A model generated the notes under the pieces. It was not told the origin of the DNA and searched no databases. It worked only from the letters and a program-made list of their open reading frames with translations. A stretch of 63,628 nucleotides of DNA, the filler included, from Stramenopiles sp. TOSAG23-3 (lineage: Eukaryota): the NCBI GenBank assembly GCA_900128585.1. It is 14 parts of 14 records of this genome, joined end to end, with 100 filler letters (N's around TTAATTAATTAA, not from the genome) between each part and the next. Parts side by side here need not be neighbours in the genome. Positions count along the whole stretch, not along the records: positions 19,493 to 38,851 come from LT642403.1; 13 more parts are not named here. One strand, given 5' to 3'. Positions within the stretch are counted from its first letter, which is position 1; each line of letters starts with the position of its first letter. Shown here one piece after another: positions 21,039 through 32,664 of the stretch. Position numbers and translations under genes: made by a program.

Positions 21039-22031
21039 ATGGCCAAAAAGAAGAGTGTGAAGGATGCCGAGGGCACTGGCAACAAAATGCGAAACCAAAT
21101 TATAGCTTTTGTGGTAATTGCATGCGTATCCTTTTCTGGGGCGCACTATTACATTACGAATGGTCCTGCCCTTCTGGATTATGAATCCTGCGAGAGTGCA
21201 GCCAGGCTGCGGGTGATAGATTTGCCGCTGACGGTGGTTTCCGACGGTTTTAGGAAAGCCGACAAAACGCTAAACGTCAATTCATTCACGTCATTTTTCT
21301 CCACAGAGCGGTCCGTGGAAGACTTGGCAAAGAGTTTGATGAGCTGCGGCGAAGCCCTGGACAAAACGTATGTCACGGGCGTGTTTGTGACGGTGTACGT
21401 TCTACTACAGACGTTTGCCATACCGGGCCCAATAATTCTGAGCGTCCTCGCGGGTGTGTTTTACGAGAATATTTTCTTTGGGGTAGGCTTGGTGGCGACG
21501 TGCTGCACTGTCGGGTCCTCGCTATGCTACATGCTTTCTTACTTTCTCGGTAGGTTGGCTGTGAAGAAGCTTGTTCCTGGAAAGATCCAAATGTTTGAAG
21601 AACGAATAAACTCGAACCGAGAAAACTTGCTATGGTACATGCTGTTTTTGAGGCTAACGCCAATACTGCCAAATTGGTTTATCAATGTTGCGAGTCCAAT
21701 CGTGAAAGTTCCATTGAGCTATTTCGCGATCGCTACGTTTGTCGGGACAACGCCTGCCAATGTAGTGTATTACTATGCCGGTAAAGTCCTCAAAGACTCC
21801 GGGAAGTTTGACTCTTCCAAGGGGTACAAGACCGCTGGGATAATGGTCCTTCTGGCACTCCTGTCGTTGCTACCGACCATTTTCAAAAAGCAACTGAGCC
21901 AAATGGAGCAAGGCATGGGGGGCGCAAAAGCATCGAATCCGACTGGTGGCAAAAAACAAATTGCAAAATCAACGCCAGCTGTGGGTATTCGGAGGTCGGC
22001 ACGGTTGCGTACAGCTTCGAAACGCCGTTAG
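21039..22031 (+). CDS. TMEM41: TMEM41/VMP1/DedA (SNARE-associated, VTT domain) membrane protein, 330 aa
   Basis: YVLLQTFAIPGPIILSVLAG and FLRLTPILPNWFINVASP are TMEM41-type signatures. Confidence 0.85.
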   Translation: MAKKKSVKDAEGTGNKMRNQIIAFVVIACVSFSGAHYYITNGPALLDYESCESAARLRVIDLPLTVVSDGFRKADKTLNVNSFTSFFSTERSVEDLAKSLMSCGEALDKTYVTGVFVTVYVLLQTFAIPGPIILSVLAGVFYENIFFGVGLVATCCTVGSSLCYMLSYFLGRLAVKKLVPGKIQMFEERINSNRENLLWYMLFLRLTPILPNWFINVASPIVKVPLSYFAIATFVGTTPANVVYYYAGKVLKDSGKFDSSKGYKTAGIMVLLALLSLLPTIFKKQLSQMEQGMGGAKASNPTGGKKQIAKSTPAVGIRRSARLRTASKRR

Positions 22032-22329
22032 GGGTGTTTCAAAGTGTTTTCTCTGACGCGAGGCTTCCCAAACGCGAGTAGGCTGGTCGTAACACTCGAT
22101 GAAGGAAAAAAATTTAAAATGATTTGTTGAAAAATCTTGAGTGGTTAAACATCAAATTGAAACATTTACCTTGTAAATTTAGATAAACTGAATTAGGCCT
22201 TACAGATAAAAAGCAACATCCGGGGGTTAATAAAAATTATACGATTTTTGTACGGAAGCTAAGAGGTGTATCTTAATTCTTGTTAATTTACTACTGTGTA
22301 TTAGCGGTGTGTAAAAGTTTCCTGGCTTC

Positions 22330-22698
22330 TTACTCGTCGCCTTTTTCTACCTCGGTTCTGTTTGCACGATTGTTGCTGTTCTCGTTCAGGGTAATAGCCT
22401 CCGTTCTTGTGACCAACAATGAGTCGTCACTGAGCGTCCGGGGTGGAACGGTCATGGTTGCCAAGTTCAACCCTTCCGATTGCTCTCCCCTCCATTTGTC
22501 AAATAAATGTGCATCCGTCCCAAAATCTTCTCTCAACTTAAACCGCTTGTCTTGGGACTTCTTTATTTCAACGTTTAATTTTGTCCGAACTCGCAGGTTC
22601 TTTTCGAAAAACCGCCTGGTGCGTTCTTCGTCGCTTATGGAAGCCGGCCCAGGTGCTTCCGCTGCAGCGACGTTTCCCGACGCTGCTAACTCTGCCAT
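22330..22698 (-). CDS. Hypothetical protein, 122 aa
   Basis: ATG-initiated ORF that coincides with a GC-rich island; no recognisable domain. Confidence 0.55.
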   Translation of the reverse strand: MAELAASGNVAAAEAPGPASISDEERTRRFFEKNLRVRTKLNVEIKKSQDKRFKLREDFGTDAHLFDKWRGEQSEGLNLATMTVPPRTLSDDSLLVTRTEAITLNENSNNRANRTEVEKGDE

Positions 22699-23511
22699 AC
22701 TGCCAATAGAAACTAAACTCCAGCCGACGATGACGATGAACGTTTATATAATGAGACAAAGGCTATAAATTCAACGTTTAAGAACCGTTTTTTTCCCCTC
22801 TGAACAATGATTTTATTATTATCTTGTCATTCAGTGTTTACAATTTATTGTATCAATCGCTTTTTCTTTTCTTCATCATATAATATATTATATATAATAA
22901 AAAAAATTCATCAAAAAAAAAAAAAAAAAAACATTTTTTTTTTATTAATTATTAATAATTAAAAAATTAATAATAATAATAGTAGAGTAAACGACAACTT
23001 CACAAACTCGGCCTGTGTGCCTGCTAATTTTAGTATGGGGTTATCATTGAGGTGTTTTTAGTCTATATTGTGTTCATGTATATTCTCGTGTAATCCTTTA
23101 ATAATAATAAATAAAAATACCTTGGTTATTTATTATTATAGTAACACTAAATAAACAGGATGGTATTATATAATATATTATAGGAAGTAATGTACTATAA
23201 GTACAATAATAATGTAATCTTTGAACAATGATGAATTAGGGTTTATATACTACCACTATAGGTATACTAAGTAAAATAATGATACACACACACGCACACA
23301 CGCAACAGCCAGCATCGCAGCAAGATAGAGAAAGAAGACGATGATCACAAATGTGTGGACTTGGTCTTGTTTATATGATATATCAAACAACGCTGATTAG
23401 ATTATTCCCGAAGTGAACAACCTCCGAAAGGAGAGCAATTAAAATTAATAAAGAGATATAAAAGTAAGATCCAAGATTATAAAAAAACAATGATACAGTT
23501 GGATTATATAT

Positions 23512-24528
23512 TTACAAATAAAAGGTTTTCCGGTCCTTGCCCATCTCTTTCTGCTTGTAATACCATTCGTATTCTCCGCCCTTTGTGTCAAAAGCGCAAC
23601 CTTGCAACCATCTAAGTTTCAAGCAGAACTGAGGGCCCAGTTCTTGCATTTTGGCACGAACCTTTTGGCCTTTTCTCCGTTTTTTGTCGTCCTCGTTGGT
23701 GTCTTCGCTTCCGATGCCCATTTGGGGCTTTTTCAGATTACGCTTGTCTTCTTCGAATATGTACCGATGCTGCCGGACGAATATAAAGTCACGCTGGTTG
23801 TGAAAGGTCACGACGCGGCGCCCGACAAACTCGGGGTCGTGCTGGAACAGCGATCCAAGGAACCTGCCGACGCGGTGCCCGAGCCGGGTGGTGAAATTGT
23901 TCAAAATGATTTCTGGCAGATGGTTCGTCACCCTCCCGTGGCCCTTGATGTGCTTCTGGTCTACGTGGCTGGTTACTTTGAACTGGGCCGTTGGGCCTTC
24001 CGGTAAGTGAGTAATTATCATCCCGTTGCACACCTTTGACTTTTCGCTCAAAACAACCAAGTGCGTGAACTCCTTATTCGACGCAAACTGGCAAATTTGC
24101 TTTATTGTGAACTGTCGCCGAGGATAAAAGAACATGTTTGGCACCAAGTCTACCAGGCCACCGATAAAGGTGAAAAGCTTTTTCGATGGGCGAGGGCGCG
24201 TCGTGATCATAATTTTAGGCTTCTTCTCGTTGCGAAAGTAGGGCGAGAATTCATCGTCTTCTTCGTCTGCTTGCACTTCCTCATCGTCGGCCGCGACGGT
24301 GGTCTCGTCCGGACGCCGCATGCTGTCGATGGTATCCGGCTTTTGCTTCTTCGGCGCTTTGTCTCCCAGCGCCTCGCTCTCCCTCGCCCTCTTCTTCTTT
24401 TTGTCCTTCGCTAGCTTTGCCTTTTCTTTCTTTAACTGTGCAAAGATTTCGCTTCGCTTCGCCTTGTTCCGTATATTCGAGGCGCGTGCAAGACGCTCCT
24501 CCAAGGAGTTGGGGTCATACTCGGACAT
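23512..24528 (-). CDS. RPF1: Ribosome production factor 1 (Brix domain), 338 aa
   Basis: IRNKAKR, DEFSPYF...PKIMITT, HLPEGPTAQFK, PEIILNNFTTRLGHRVGR, VVTFHNQRDFIFVRQHRYIF, MQELGPQFCLKL. Confidence 0.93.
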   Translation of the reverse strand: MSEYDPNSLEERLARASNIRNKAKRSEIFAQLKKEKAKLAKDKKKKRARESEALGDKAPKKQKPDTIDSMRRPDETTVAADDEEVQADEEDDEFSPYFRNEKKPKIMITTRPRPSKKLFTFIGGLVDLVPNMFFYPRRQFTIKQICQFASNKEFTHLVVLSEKSKVCNGMIITHLPEGPTAQFKVTSHVDQKHIKGHGRVTNHLPEIILNNFTTRLGHRVGRFLGSLFQHDPEFVGRRVVTFHNQRDFIFVRQHRYIFEEDKRNLKKPQMGIGSEDTNEDDKKRRKGQKVRAKMQELGPQFCLKLRWLQGCAFDTKGGEYEWYYKQKEMGKDRKTFYL

Positions 24529-25955
24529 AATCTGTAGAACTACCTTGTAGAACTGTACCTCGTGTATCTATCTCACAATATGTGGTGGAGGGCTATATAA
24601 AACAGAATGTTGTCTTTCGAAACAGGCACGGACGAATTACTACTATTCTGAATAGTTGCATTACTCGTGACTTATACCAAGTAGACCACACCTGAAGAAC
24701 TCTTCTTTTTCTCCTTCATCACTTCTTTTTTTTTTTTGTTTTGTTGTTGTTTTTTCTTTCTTCGCAACATTTTTATTATTAACATAAACACAGCATCTGT
24801 ATAATTGATTAATGGTGAGCAAACACCAAACAACAACCACCCACCCCACCCCATCCGTATAACGTCCTAGTACATATTGAGTTATTAAATATAATATCGT
24901 AATAGTAAAAAGAATGAGTATAGCGTTTAATTGTATTTAACTGAACTATAGTCCTATACCTATATAACTATTTAAAGTATTTATGGTGGCGCCATTTTCA
25001 TGGTTAGAATACCCTATGTATTTTAATTATAATATTATGTATTGTTGTTTTTTGAATTTAGAAGCTGCAGCTACCAATAGAATGGATAGAATAGAACTAG
25101 AACGACTATCAAAGACACTGTATTATTATTACATAGAAAGACAAGAGATTACTAATATGATATATTTGTACAATATCAATTAAATAGGTATTTCTTCTGT
25201 TCTTCTTCTTTCTTCCTAGTAGTACTACTATATTACATAGGTATTTATAATATAATGATACTATTATTACGTACTTGGTATAATTAATGTACTTTTATTT
25301 TCTTTCTTTCTTTCTTTATACTCCATACTGTCATACTGTATAATAATAACACATTGTACATTATTTTATTTCTTTTTTTTTTATTTTATCCTCCTCACCA
25401 CCACTATATTCTTCAGTATAATTAATAATTGGAAAATACCTTTGGTATTGGGGGTATTGTAAAATACATTTTATTTTTATTTCTTTTATAAAAATACTCG
25501 TACTCGTTCGTTCGTTCTTCTTTGTTCGTACTCTCACTCTGTTCTAGTAGTCTGTCTAGCATATTTATTAATATAGAAGTAGGAAGGAGGTAATCTAGAA
25601 AGTATGAAAATAATAATAAATATAATAATTATTTTTTTTAGATTTTAATTAATTTTTTGAATTTAGTATTTACAACAACAACAACAACAAAAAATTCTAT
25701 TTTATTACCTCCTACTACTATACCTTTTGGTATTCATAGTAAACGACGATGGAACTACCACCAGGTGTATTATTGTGTGTGTTTACGCAGGACTTTTAGC
25801 TTTTTAATATGCCTACAAGTGTTTGCATTTGTGTGTGCTTTTTTTTGAACAGACAGTCTATTATTTAATATTAAATAATTGTTTGGTTGTTGTCTCATTT
25901 GTTGATTCATTCACCTTTACCTTTCTCGCTGTAGGAAACAATTGACCGACCGACG

Positions 25956-28283
25956 ATGGCAGACGAACAAACGGACCAGGAACGGGAGCAGGACGAAGCA
26001 AACAAGAACGCCTTCAAGACATTTTTAGAAAACGAAGATGGCGACTATTTTGACAAGGTTCGGGCGCTGATCGATAGTAAAAAGCAGCGGGTCATGGTCA
26101 ACCTGCATGACCTGCGCGCGTACGACCCTGCTCTCGCCAACGACGTAATCAACAAACCGCTCAAGCACATCCTTCCCTTTCAAGAGGGGCTTGGGGAGGT
26201 CGTCGAAAGCATGGACCCCACCGAGTACCAAAAGCAAGCCGCCAAGGGCGGGCCAAAGTCGGAGATTTACACCGTTGGTTTTGAGGGAAGCTTCGGGACC
26301 AACCACGTCACCCCCCGCGGCCTTCGGAGCCACCTGCTGGGCCGCATGGTCTGCGTCGAAGGGATCGTTACCAAGGCGTCGCTCGTCCGCCCCAAGGTCA
26401 TGAAAAGTGTCCACTACTGCCCGATCACGAAGAAGCAAGTGAACCGGGAGTACCGGGACGCGATGTCGCTGGGCGGTGCCGGCCCTACCACCACGATCTA
26501 CCCCACCAAGGACGAGGAGGGCAACCCTTACGAGACGGAGTATGACCTTTGCGTGTACAAGGACCACCAAACGGTCACGCTGCAGGAGATGCCCGAGTCT
26601 GCCCCCATGGGGCAGCTGCCCCGTTCGATCGACATCATTCTCGAGGACGACCTGGTGGACCGCGTCAAGCCGGGGGACAGGGTACAAATGGTTGGGATCT
26701 ACCGGGCGCTCGCGGGGAACGCGAGTGGGAGCGCGTCCAGCATTTTTCGAACCGTAATCCTCGGGAACAACGTCATGGAGATCGGGAAGGACATCCGCGG
26801 CCTTGTCATGACGCCGAACGACATCCAAAACATTCGCGCGGTGTCGAAGCGCGACGACGTCTTCAACCTGCTGGCTCGCTCGTTGGCGCCCTCGATATAC
26901 GGCCATACGTTCATAAAGAAGTCGCTGCTCCTGATGCTCTTGGGCGGGGCGGAGAAGAACTTGGAAAACGGGACGCACCTGAGGGGTGACATTAACATCA
27001 TGATGGTGGGGGACCCGTCGACCGCCAAGTCGCAACTCTTGCGTTTCGTCCTGCGCCTCGCCCCCCTCGCCATCAATACCACGGGCCGAGGGTCGTCTGG
27101 GGTCGGTTTGACGGCCGCCGTAACGTCCGATCCTGACACTGGCGAGCGGCGCCTGGAAGCTGGTGCGATGGTCTTGGCGGACCGTGGCATCGTGTGCATC
27201 GACGAATTCGATAAAATGAACGACGCGGACCGCGTCGCGATCCACGAAGTCATGGAACAGCAAACTGTGACCATTGCAAAGGCCGGAATCCATACCAGCC
27301 TGAACGCACGCTGCAGCGTGCTCGCGGCGGCCAACCCGATTTACGGGGCGTACGACCGCACCCTGAGCGCCCAGCGCAACGTCTCCTTGCCCGACTCCCT
27401 GCTCTCTCGTTTTGATTTACTATTCATCGTGCTGGACACCATGGACCCTGTTATTGACCGGGCGATTTCTAGCCACGTCATTAGAATGCACCGGTACCAA
27501 AGGCCAGGGCAAGAGGGGATTCCGCTCCCACTCAGTGGGGGTGGCTTTGCGGAGATGCTCGGCGGGGACGACGACGAGGACGGGGATGACAGGGACGAAA
27601 ACACTCCCATCTTCGAGAAGGTCAACCCATTGCTGCACGGTGGAATTTTGGAAGAGCTTGAAGCGGAAGAGCGACGGCGCGCGCCGAGCCCGGGCTCGTC
27701 CGCGCCCCGCCGGGCCTCAATGGCCTACAGCGAGAAACTAGTGACCGTCGACTTTGCGAAGAAATACATTCACTACGCGAAAAACCGCATCAAACCCCGG
27801 CTAACGGACGAAGCGACGGAGAGAATATCGACAGCGTACGCAGAGATGCGCTCCGGGGCGACCAGCGGGAACCGGACTATCCCAGTCACCGCGCGTGCGT
27901 TGGAGACCATCATCCGCTTGTCGACGGCCCATGCGAAGGTTCGTCTCAGCTCAGAAGTGCGGATCGTGGACGTCGAATCGGCGCTTTCGATTATGACGTT
28001 CGCGTTGAACAATAATGCCGAAGCGGTGCCGAAAGGGAGTGAACAGAATGTTGGCGACAAACGAGGCCTAGAGCCGGAGAGTGCCGAGAGCGCGGAATTT
28101 GGGGATAGTGCGAGTGGAGCTGATGGTAGAGCGGAAGGAGAGAACAGTGCGAGTATGGAGGGTTCAGACAGACCTGCAAAGAAGGCTAAGGTGGATGGGC
28201 AAGGTAGTGACACGCCCGTGGTCGACGAGAAGGAGCGAATAAGCTTTGTCAAGAAGCAGCTTATGCGACTTGAGAGGATGATG

Positions 28284-28315
<32 letters not shown>

Positions 28316-28466
28316 AATTAGTGTATCCACGCTTTTGGAAGAATTAAATAATAATTTGATCGCTGACTCCCCGAAATTCAACATGACAGAGCTGGACACA
28401 ATTTTGAAAACGTTGGAAAACGAGAACAAAATTATGTATCGTGATTCGGAGATCCATTTGATCTGA
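25956..28466 (+). CDS. MCM3: DNA replication licensing factor MCM3, 836 aa
   Basis: MCM3-specific GSFGTNHVTPR, SLVRPKVMKSVHYC, YPTKDEEGNP; Walker A GDPSTAKSQ, IDEFDKM, arginine finger SRFD. Confidence 0.96.
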
Positions 28467-28628
28467 GGAGGGAGGTCTTTTCAGTCAACATATGATATCA
28501 TATTATAACAATTGTATGCTGTTAGCGCCAGGCTAAGCTAATGAGAGAGACACACGCGTAAATTACGAGGAGGGTATCTTTAATTTTTTTAAGATAAACA
28601 AAAATGTGTGCGTTTCTTACTTAACATC

Positions 28629-29681
28629 TCATGGAGTTGATTCGATCCCCCCTTTGGCAAACCAGTACGCTTCCAGTCGTTCTTGACCGTACGTTAAAAA
28701 GTCAAAGTCAATCAAGGAATGCCGTGCCTGCACGATCGCCCACAGCCCCCAGAAAATATGAGATGCAAGCGCATAGCGGTTGACTTCTATATACATAGCC
28801 GGTAAAAGCCGGGGGATTTCACTGTCACTCTTCCCTTCTGCCTTTAAATACTCCGTTAAAAACAGCATCTGGGCATCTTTCTTTGGGTACTTTTCCGAGT
28901 AAAGCTTGTAATCAAAACCCGCAAACTCGTTGAAATGGTTCCCAATGTCGAAGCCACGGCAATTGTATCCGCCATACTCAAAGTCAACGAACAGCATCGT
29001 CTCGTCCCCGTCTCTGTATAAAATGTTCCCCGCCAGCAAATCGTTGTGGCAGAACACTACGGGAGACGGCGTTTTGCCAAGAAACGCGTGCAGCCATTCA
29101 ATTTCGCCGCCTATTTCGTCCATCGTGTTCATTGCTGCAAACTGCAGCTGCTTCGATCCGTTGTCCTCGAAGGAAATGCCCCTGCACACGGTTAGCCACT
29201 CTTGCAACGTTGGAAACAACACGGGTGCCCTTTCCCCCGGAATCTGCAACGAATGCATTTTTTGAAGTTCCTTCGCAATCATTACGGATAACTTCGGCGC
29301 CGCCATGTCATCCGGTTCTAACGTCTTTGCGCCTGAAAAGAACTCTTCGATTCTCCCGTTTTGAAAAGTGCCTAAAAGCTTCGGACCAAAGTTGTTTTGG
29401 GTCAACGCCGCGAAATTCTTCACGTCGCTCTCTCTCGAAATCAGTACTTCCGTGTTTTCACCGTACACTCTTACTATCACAGACGGCAGGCCCTTCGCTT
29501 CGACAAGATACAACCGGTTCGTAATACCGCCTTGAATCTGCACGACCGTGACGTCCTCTGGGTTTTCCCACTGCGACGGCAGCACGGACGCCAAAGCCTT
29601 TGGAACATGATCCACTTCCTGGGCACCAGTAGGAATGGAGTACGGTGACGCTACAGGGGCTTCTCTACTTTGTTCGTCCAT
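28629..29681 (-). CDS. Ethanolamine/choline kinase, 350 aa
   Basis: GGITN, RVYGENTE, Brenner motif FCHNDLLAGN, VDFEYGGYN.RGFDIGNHFNE. Confidence 0.93.
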   Translation of the reverse strand: MDEQSREAPVASPYSIPTGAQEVDHVPKALASVLPSQWENPEDVTVVQIQGGITNRLYLVEAKGLPSVIVRVYGENTEVLISRESDVKNFAALTQNNFGPKLLGTFQNGRIEEFFSGAKTLEPDDMAAPKLSVMIAKELQKMHSLQIPGERAPVLFPTLQEWLTVCRGISFEDNGSKQLQFAAMNTMDEIGGEIEWLHAFLGKTPSPVVFCHNDLLAGNILYRDGDETMLFVDFEYGGYNCRGFDIGNHFNEFAGFDYKLYSEKYPKKDAQMLFLTEYLKAEGKSDSEIPRLLPAMYIEVNRYALASHIFWGLWAIVQARHSLIDFDFLTYGQERLEAYWFAKGGIESTP

Positions 29682-30069
29682 GGCTGGAGGTCTTCTTTCG
29701 ATGCTCTGTTGAAAAGGGGTGGGGCTCAGGTATTCTCAGACGTGAATGCAATGTTTCTAAATTATCTCGGGGATCACGTGTTCATCTCAGTCTGGAAACA
29801 ATCAACAGATAATTACATTTTAATATTATCACCTTCTTTGATATAATACGGCAGTAGTGATTTAAAAGTGTTGTTTGTTAGTCGTCGTCCGTCGTCTCTC
29901 TCGAGTGCTTGATACTACGGTACCGGTACGGGTACCAGTACCAGTATAATACCTGGTATTCTACCTGTACGGTATAATAACTACGCATCATTGTAAAATA
30001 CTTAATAATAATTCTTCATATCACCACAGATCAGGTACGGTACCTGGTACAACAACAACAACAACAAAA

Positions 30070-31260
30070 TCACAATCCAGTCCAAGTCATCAGCACGACC
30101 AATACCAACACTCCTGTCAAAATCATGCTGATCGCGACAACCACGCCGAGGTAGCTCTGGCAGTTCCGGCTGCATCTGTTGCCCTCCTCGTCGCCCCGTT
30201 CGTTACTATCGTTTTCGTTGTTATCTAGCAATTCCTGGTCCTCTGCTTCTATTTCGTCTGAATCATTTTCATCCCCGTCAACATTGGCACTGTTCAGGGG
30301 CGTGAGCAAAGGGTTGGCGTCCGTCTCCAGGGAATCGCTGGTGCTGGCACTCTTCTTTTCCGGACGAAAGGATTGTTTACAAACAGGGCATAAATTAGAT
30401 TTCTTCAACAGCCACGGCCCTATGCAGTCTTTGTGAAACTCGTGGCCGCACGGCAGGACCACCAGCTTGTCTCCCTTTTCAAAATCGTCCAAGCAAATTA
30501 CACAGCTCTCCATTCCAAACGCAGACTTGCCGTGCTTGGAATTCCCCCCCCCCTCTTCCAACGCACTGCCGGACTCGTCCGCTGCGTTTCCATCGCTGTC
30601 CACGGGGTCCTCCAACGGACGGTACGATTTTGTTTCCAAGTTCTGAAAATCCCGCTGCCTTTCGTTGACTTTGCAGCACTTTTGTATATAGCTGATGATG
30701 TAGCAGACAAAAATTAGGCACCAAATGGCGCAGATGGAGATGAACAGAATCCTGGTCAGGTCGTTGTTTAACTCCTGGGGTTGGACCTGCCCGGTCCCGT
30801 TGATAGACACGACGACGCGCTCTTTCGCCTGGAGCTGCTTCCACAACGCCAAGCCGTCGCTCTCGCCAATAAATATGGCTGGAATTATTATCGGGTAGGC
30901 ATAGTTCTCGGGCATGGGGAGCAGATCGTCCCCTTCGTTGTTGAATACCACAACGCCCCCCGCGTTGCTAAGCTGTGCGTTCATCGCCTTGATGGCAAAA
31001 GTGCAGCCCGAGTCACCCCTTGGGCCACGGGCGATCAGGGCAATCGAACCGTTCAAGTCTGGGCGATAATTCGGGCGGCAGCCATGAACATCGTCCAAAT
31101 CCACCAATGGGGCGGTATATGTCTGTCCCTCCAAGTCCAACCCAAAGTATGCGTTCATGTGCTGGTAAACTTTGCAGCATGGCACGTCCACTACGAGCGA
31201 AGAGGCAAGGGCAGGCAGCAAGCCAACAACAAGAAACAGCCTTGTTGGCAAAGGCAGCAT
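30070..31260 (-). CDS. PA-TM-RING-H2 E3 ligase (RNF13/RMR family) with an extra C-terminal TM helix, 396 aa
   Basis: Signal peptide; PA domain (IALIARG...CTFAIKAMNAQ...VVVFN...IPAIFI); TM; RING-H2 CVICLDDF...LPCGHEFHKDCIGPWL...CPVC. Confidence 0.9.
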   Translation of the reverse strand: MLPLPTRLFLVVGLLPALASSLVVDVPCCKVYQHMNAYFGLDLEGQTYTAPLVDLDDVHGCRPNYRPDLNGSIALIARGPRGDSGCTFAIKAMNAQLSNAGGVVVFNNEGDDLLPMPENYAYPIIIPAIFIGESDGLALWKQLQAKERVVVSINGTGQVQPQELNNDLTRILFISICAIWCLIFVCYIISYIQKCCKVNERQRDFQNLETKSYRPLEDPVDSDGNAADESGSALEEGGGNSKHGKSAFGMESCVICLDDFEKGDKLVVLPCGHEFHKDCIGPWLLKKSNLCPVCKQSFRPEKKSASTSDSLETDANPLLTPLNSANVDGDENDSDEIEAEDQELLDNNENDSNERGDEEGNRCSRNCQSYLGVVVAISMILTGVLVLVVLMTWTGL

Positions 31261-32664
31261 GGTGGTGGTGTGTCGAAACGGACGAACGAACAAATGAACA
31301 AACGGTACAACGTCTTCTTTGTTGGTTTCTTGAACGAAAACTTACAACGAAAAGTTTCGTACTAACGTTTCTTTTGTGTGATGATTGATGATCATCAGAA
31401 TCAGAATGATCTCTTTATCCTTTTTCTTGTTGAGCAAGTAGACTCTCTGCTGTATATTTTATTATATTACTATTAATAATTTTTTTTTCTTTTTTTTTTC
31501 TTTTTAATTTATTTTTTTATTATTATACCACACTGTGCTGTTGTTATTTTTATTTTATTGTTAATAAACACTATTATTATAGTCCTAATAACCGACGATG
31601 ATGATGACGTTTAGAACAGTGTACTTTAACAGGGAATTAATAAGGAAATGGAAGGATGATGGAGGTTTTTGCGTTGGATTATATATATATTATAATACAA
31701 GGTGTTTAGTATTGGAAGAAGGAGTGAATAAATAAATCGAATTAAAGAATGTTCTTCTTTTATCTGCATTCATTTTTTTATTATTTTAATTCATTTATTT
31801 AATGTTATTTCTACTTCTTCTTTCAGAAAAACCTTGAATATTATATTATTCATTTTTATCCTATTTAAATATGTATAAGACTATAACAAACTGTCTATAA
31901 ATACATCATTCGTCCACTAAATTTTAAATCCAGTCGTCCTATACTTAATATTTGTATAATTTAGATAGAAACCTCTTTTTACCTTTCTATTCCTATGTAT
32001 TTTATATTATATGAATAATTCAAAGTTGATTGAGTATATTACCTATTGGCTTTTATATTATAAGTACATTCAAATATAGGATTAATTAATATTAAGACTA
32101 TTTAAATATTTTTTATTATTTTTTATTTCGCAATAATAATATAAAAATGATGAATAATAATAAATCCAACTTCAATCAGCTGATTCGAGTTAGAGTCCTT
32201 CTTCTTCTTCTTCTTTATTTTTTATTAATTATTTATTATTATTATATTATTATTATAACTTCTTCTTCTCCTCTATGCTCTCTGATAATCTCTCTGTCAA
32301 ATATAATAAAATATCTCCTCTCATCATAATAAAATCATAGAATTCTTCTCCTCCTTTTTTTTTTTCAACAAAAAAACTATTATAATACCTCCTATAAAAC
32401 TCAACACCACTATATAGTGCAACAACTTTTTTTTTTTAGCCACACATGGTGTTTTGTACTTTTGATAACTATACATACATCCTCGTATGGTCGTACACAC
32501 ATAAAATAAATTGTATAACCGCAGATATCAATTTAAAAAACAAATTCACAACTTATATGCACTTATACCTCCGTATCTACTCCCGTTTCAAAGAAGAAAC
32601 CCCGTATTGTTTGTTCTCTCTCTTTCTCTGTGTGCGTGTGTGCTCGATAGTTATCTCCCTCAGC

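Noticed and set aside
26025-27293. 422-aa antisense ORF over MCM3 (similar ones at 53643..55289, 53846..55444 and 62293..63141)
   Set aside because: Shadow ORFs caused by high GC3 of the real gene on the other strand or frame; no domain motifs
32446-32664. 73-aa N-terminal extension of ADA in the ORF track
   Set aside because: AT-rich, non-coding-like composition, with a pyrimidine tract and CAG just before the ATG at 32665
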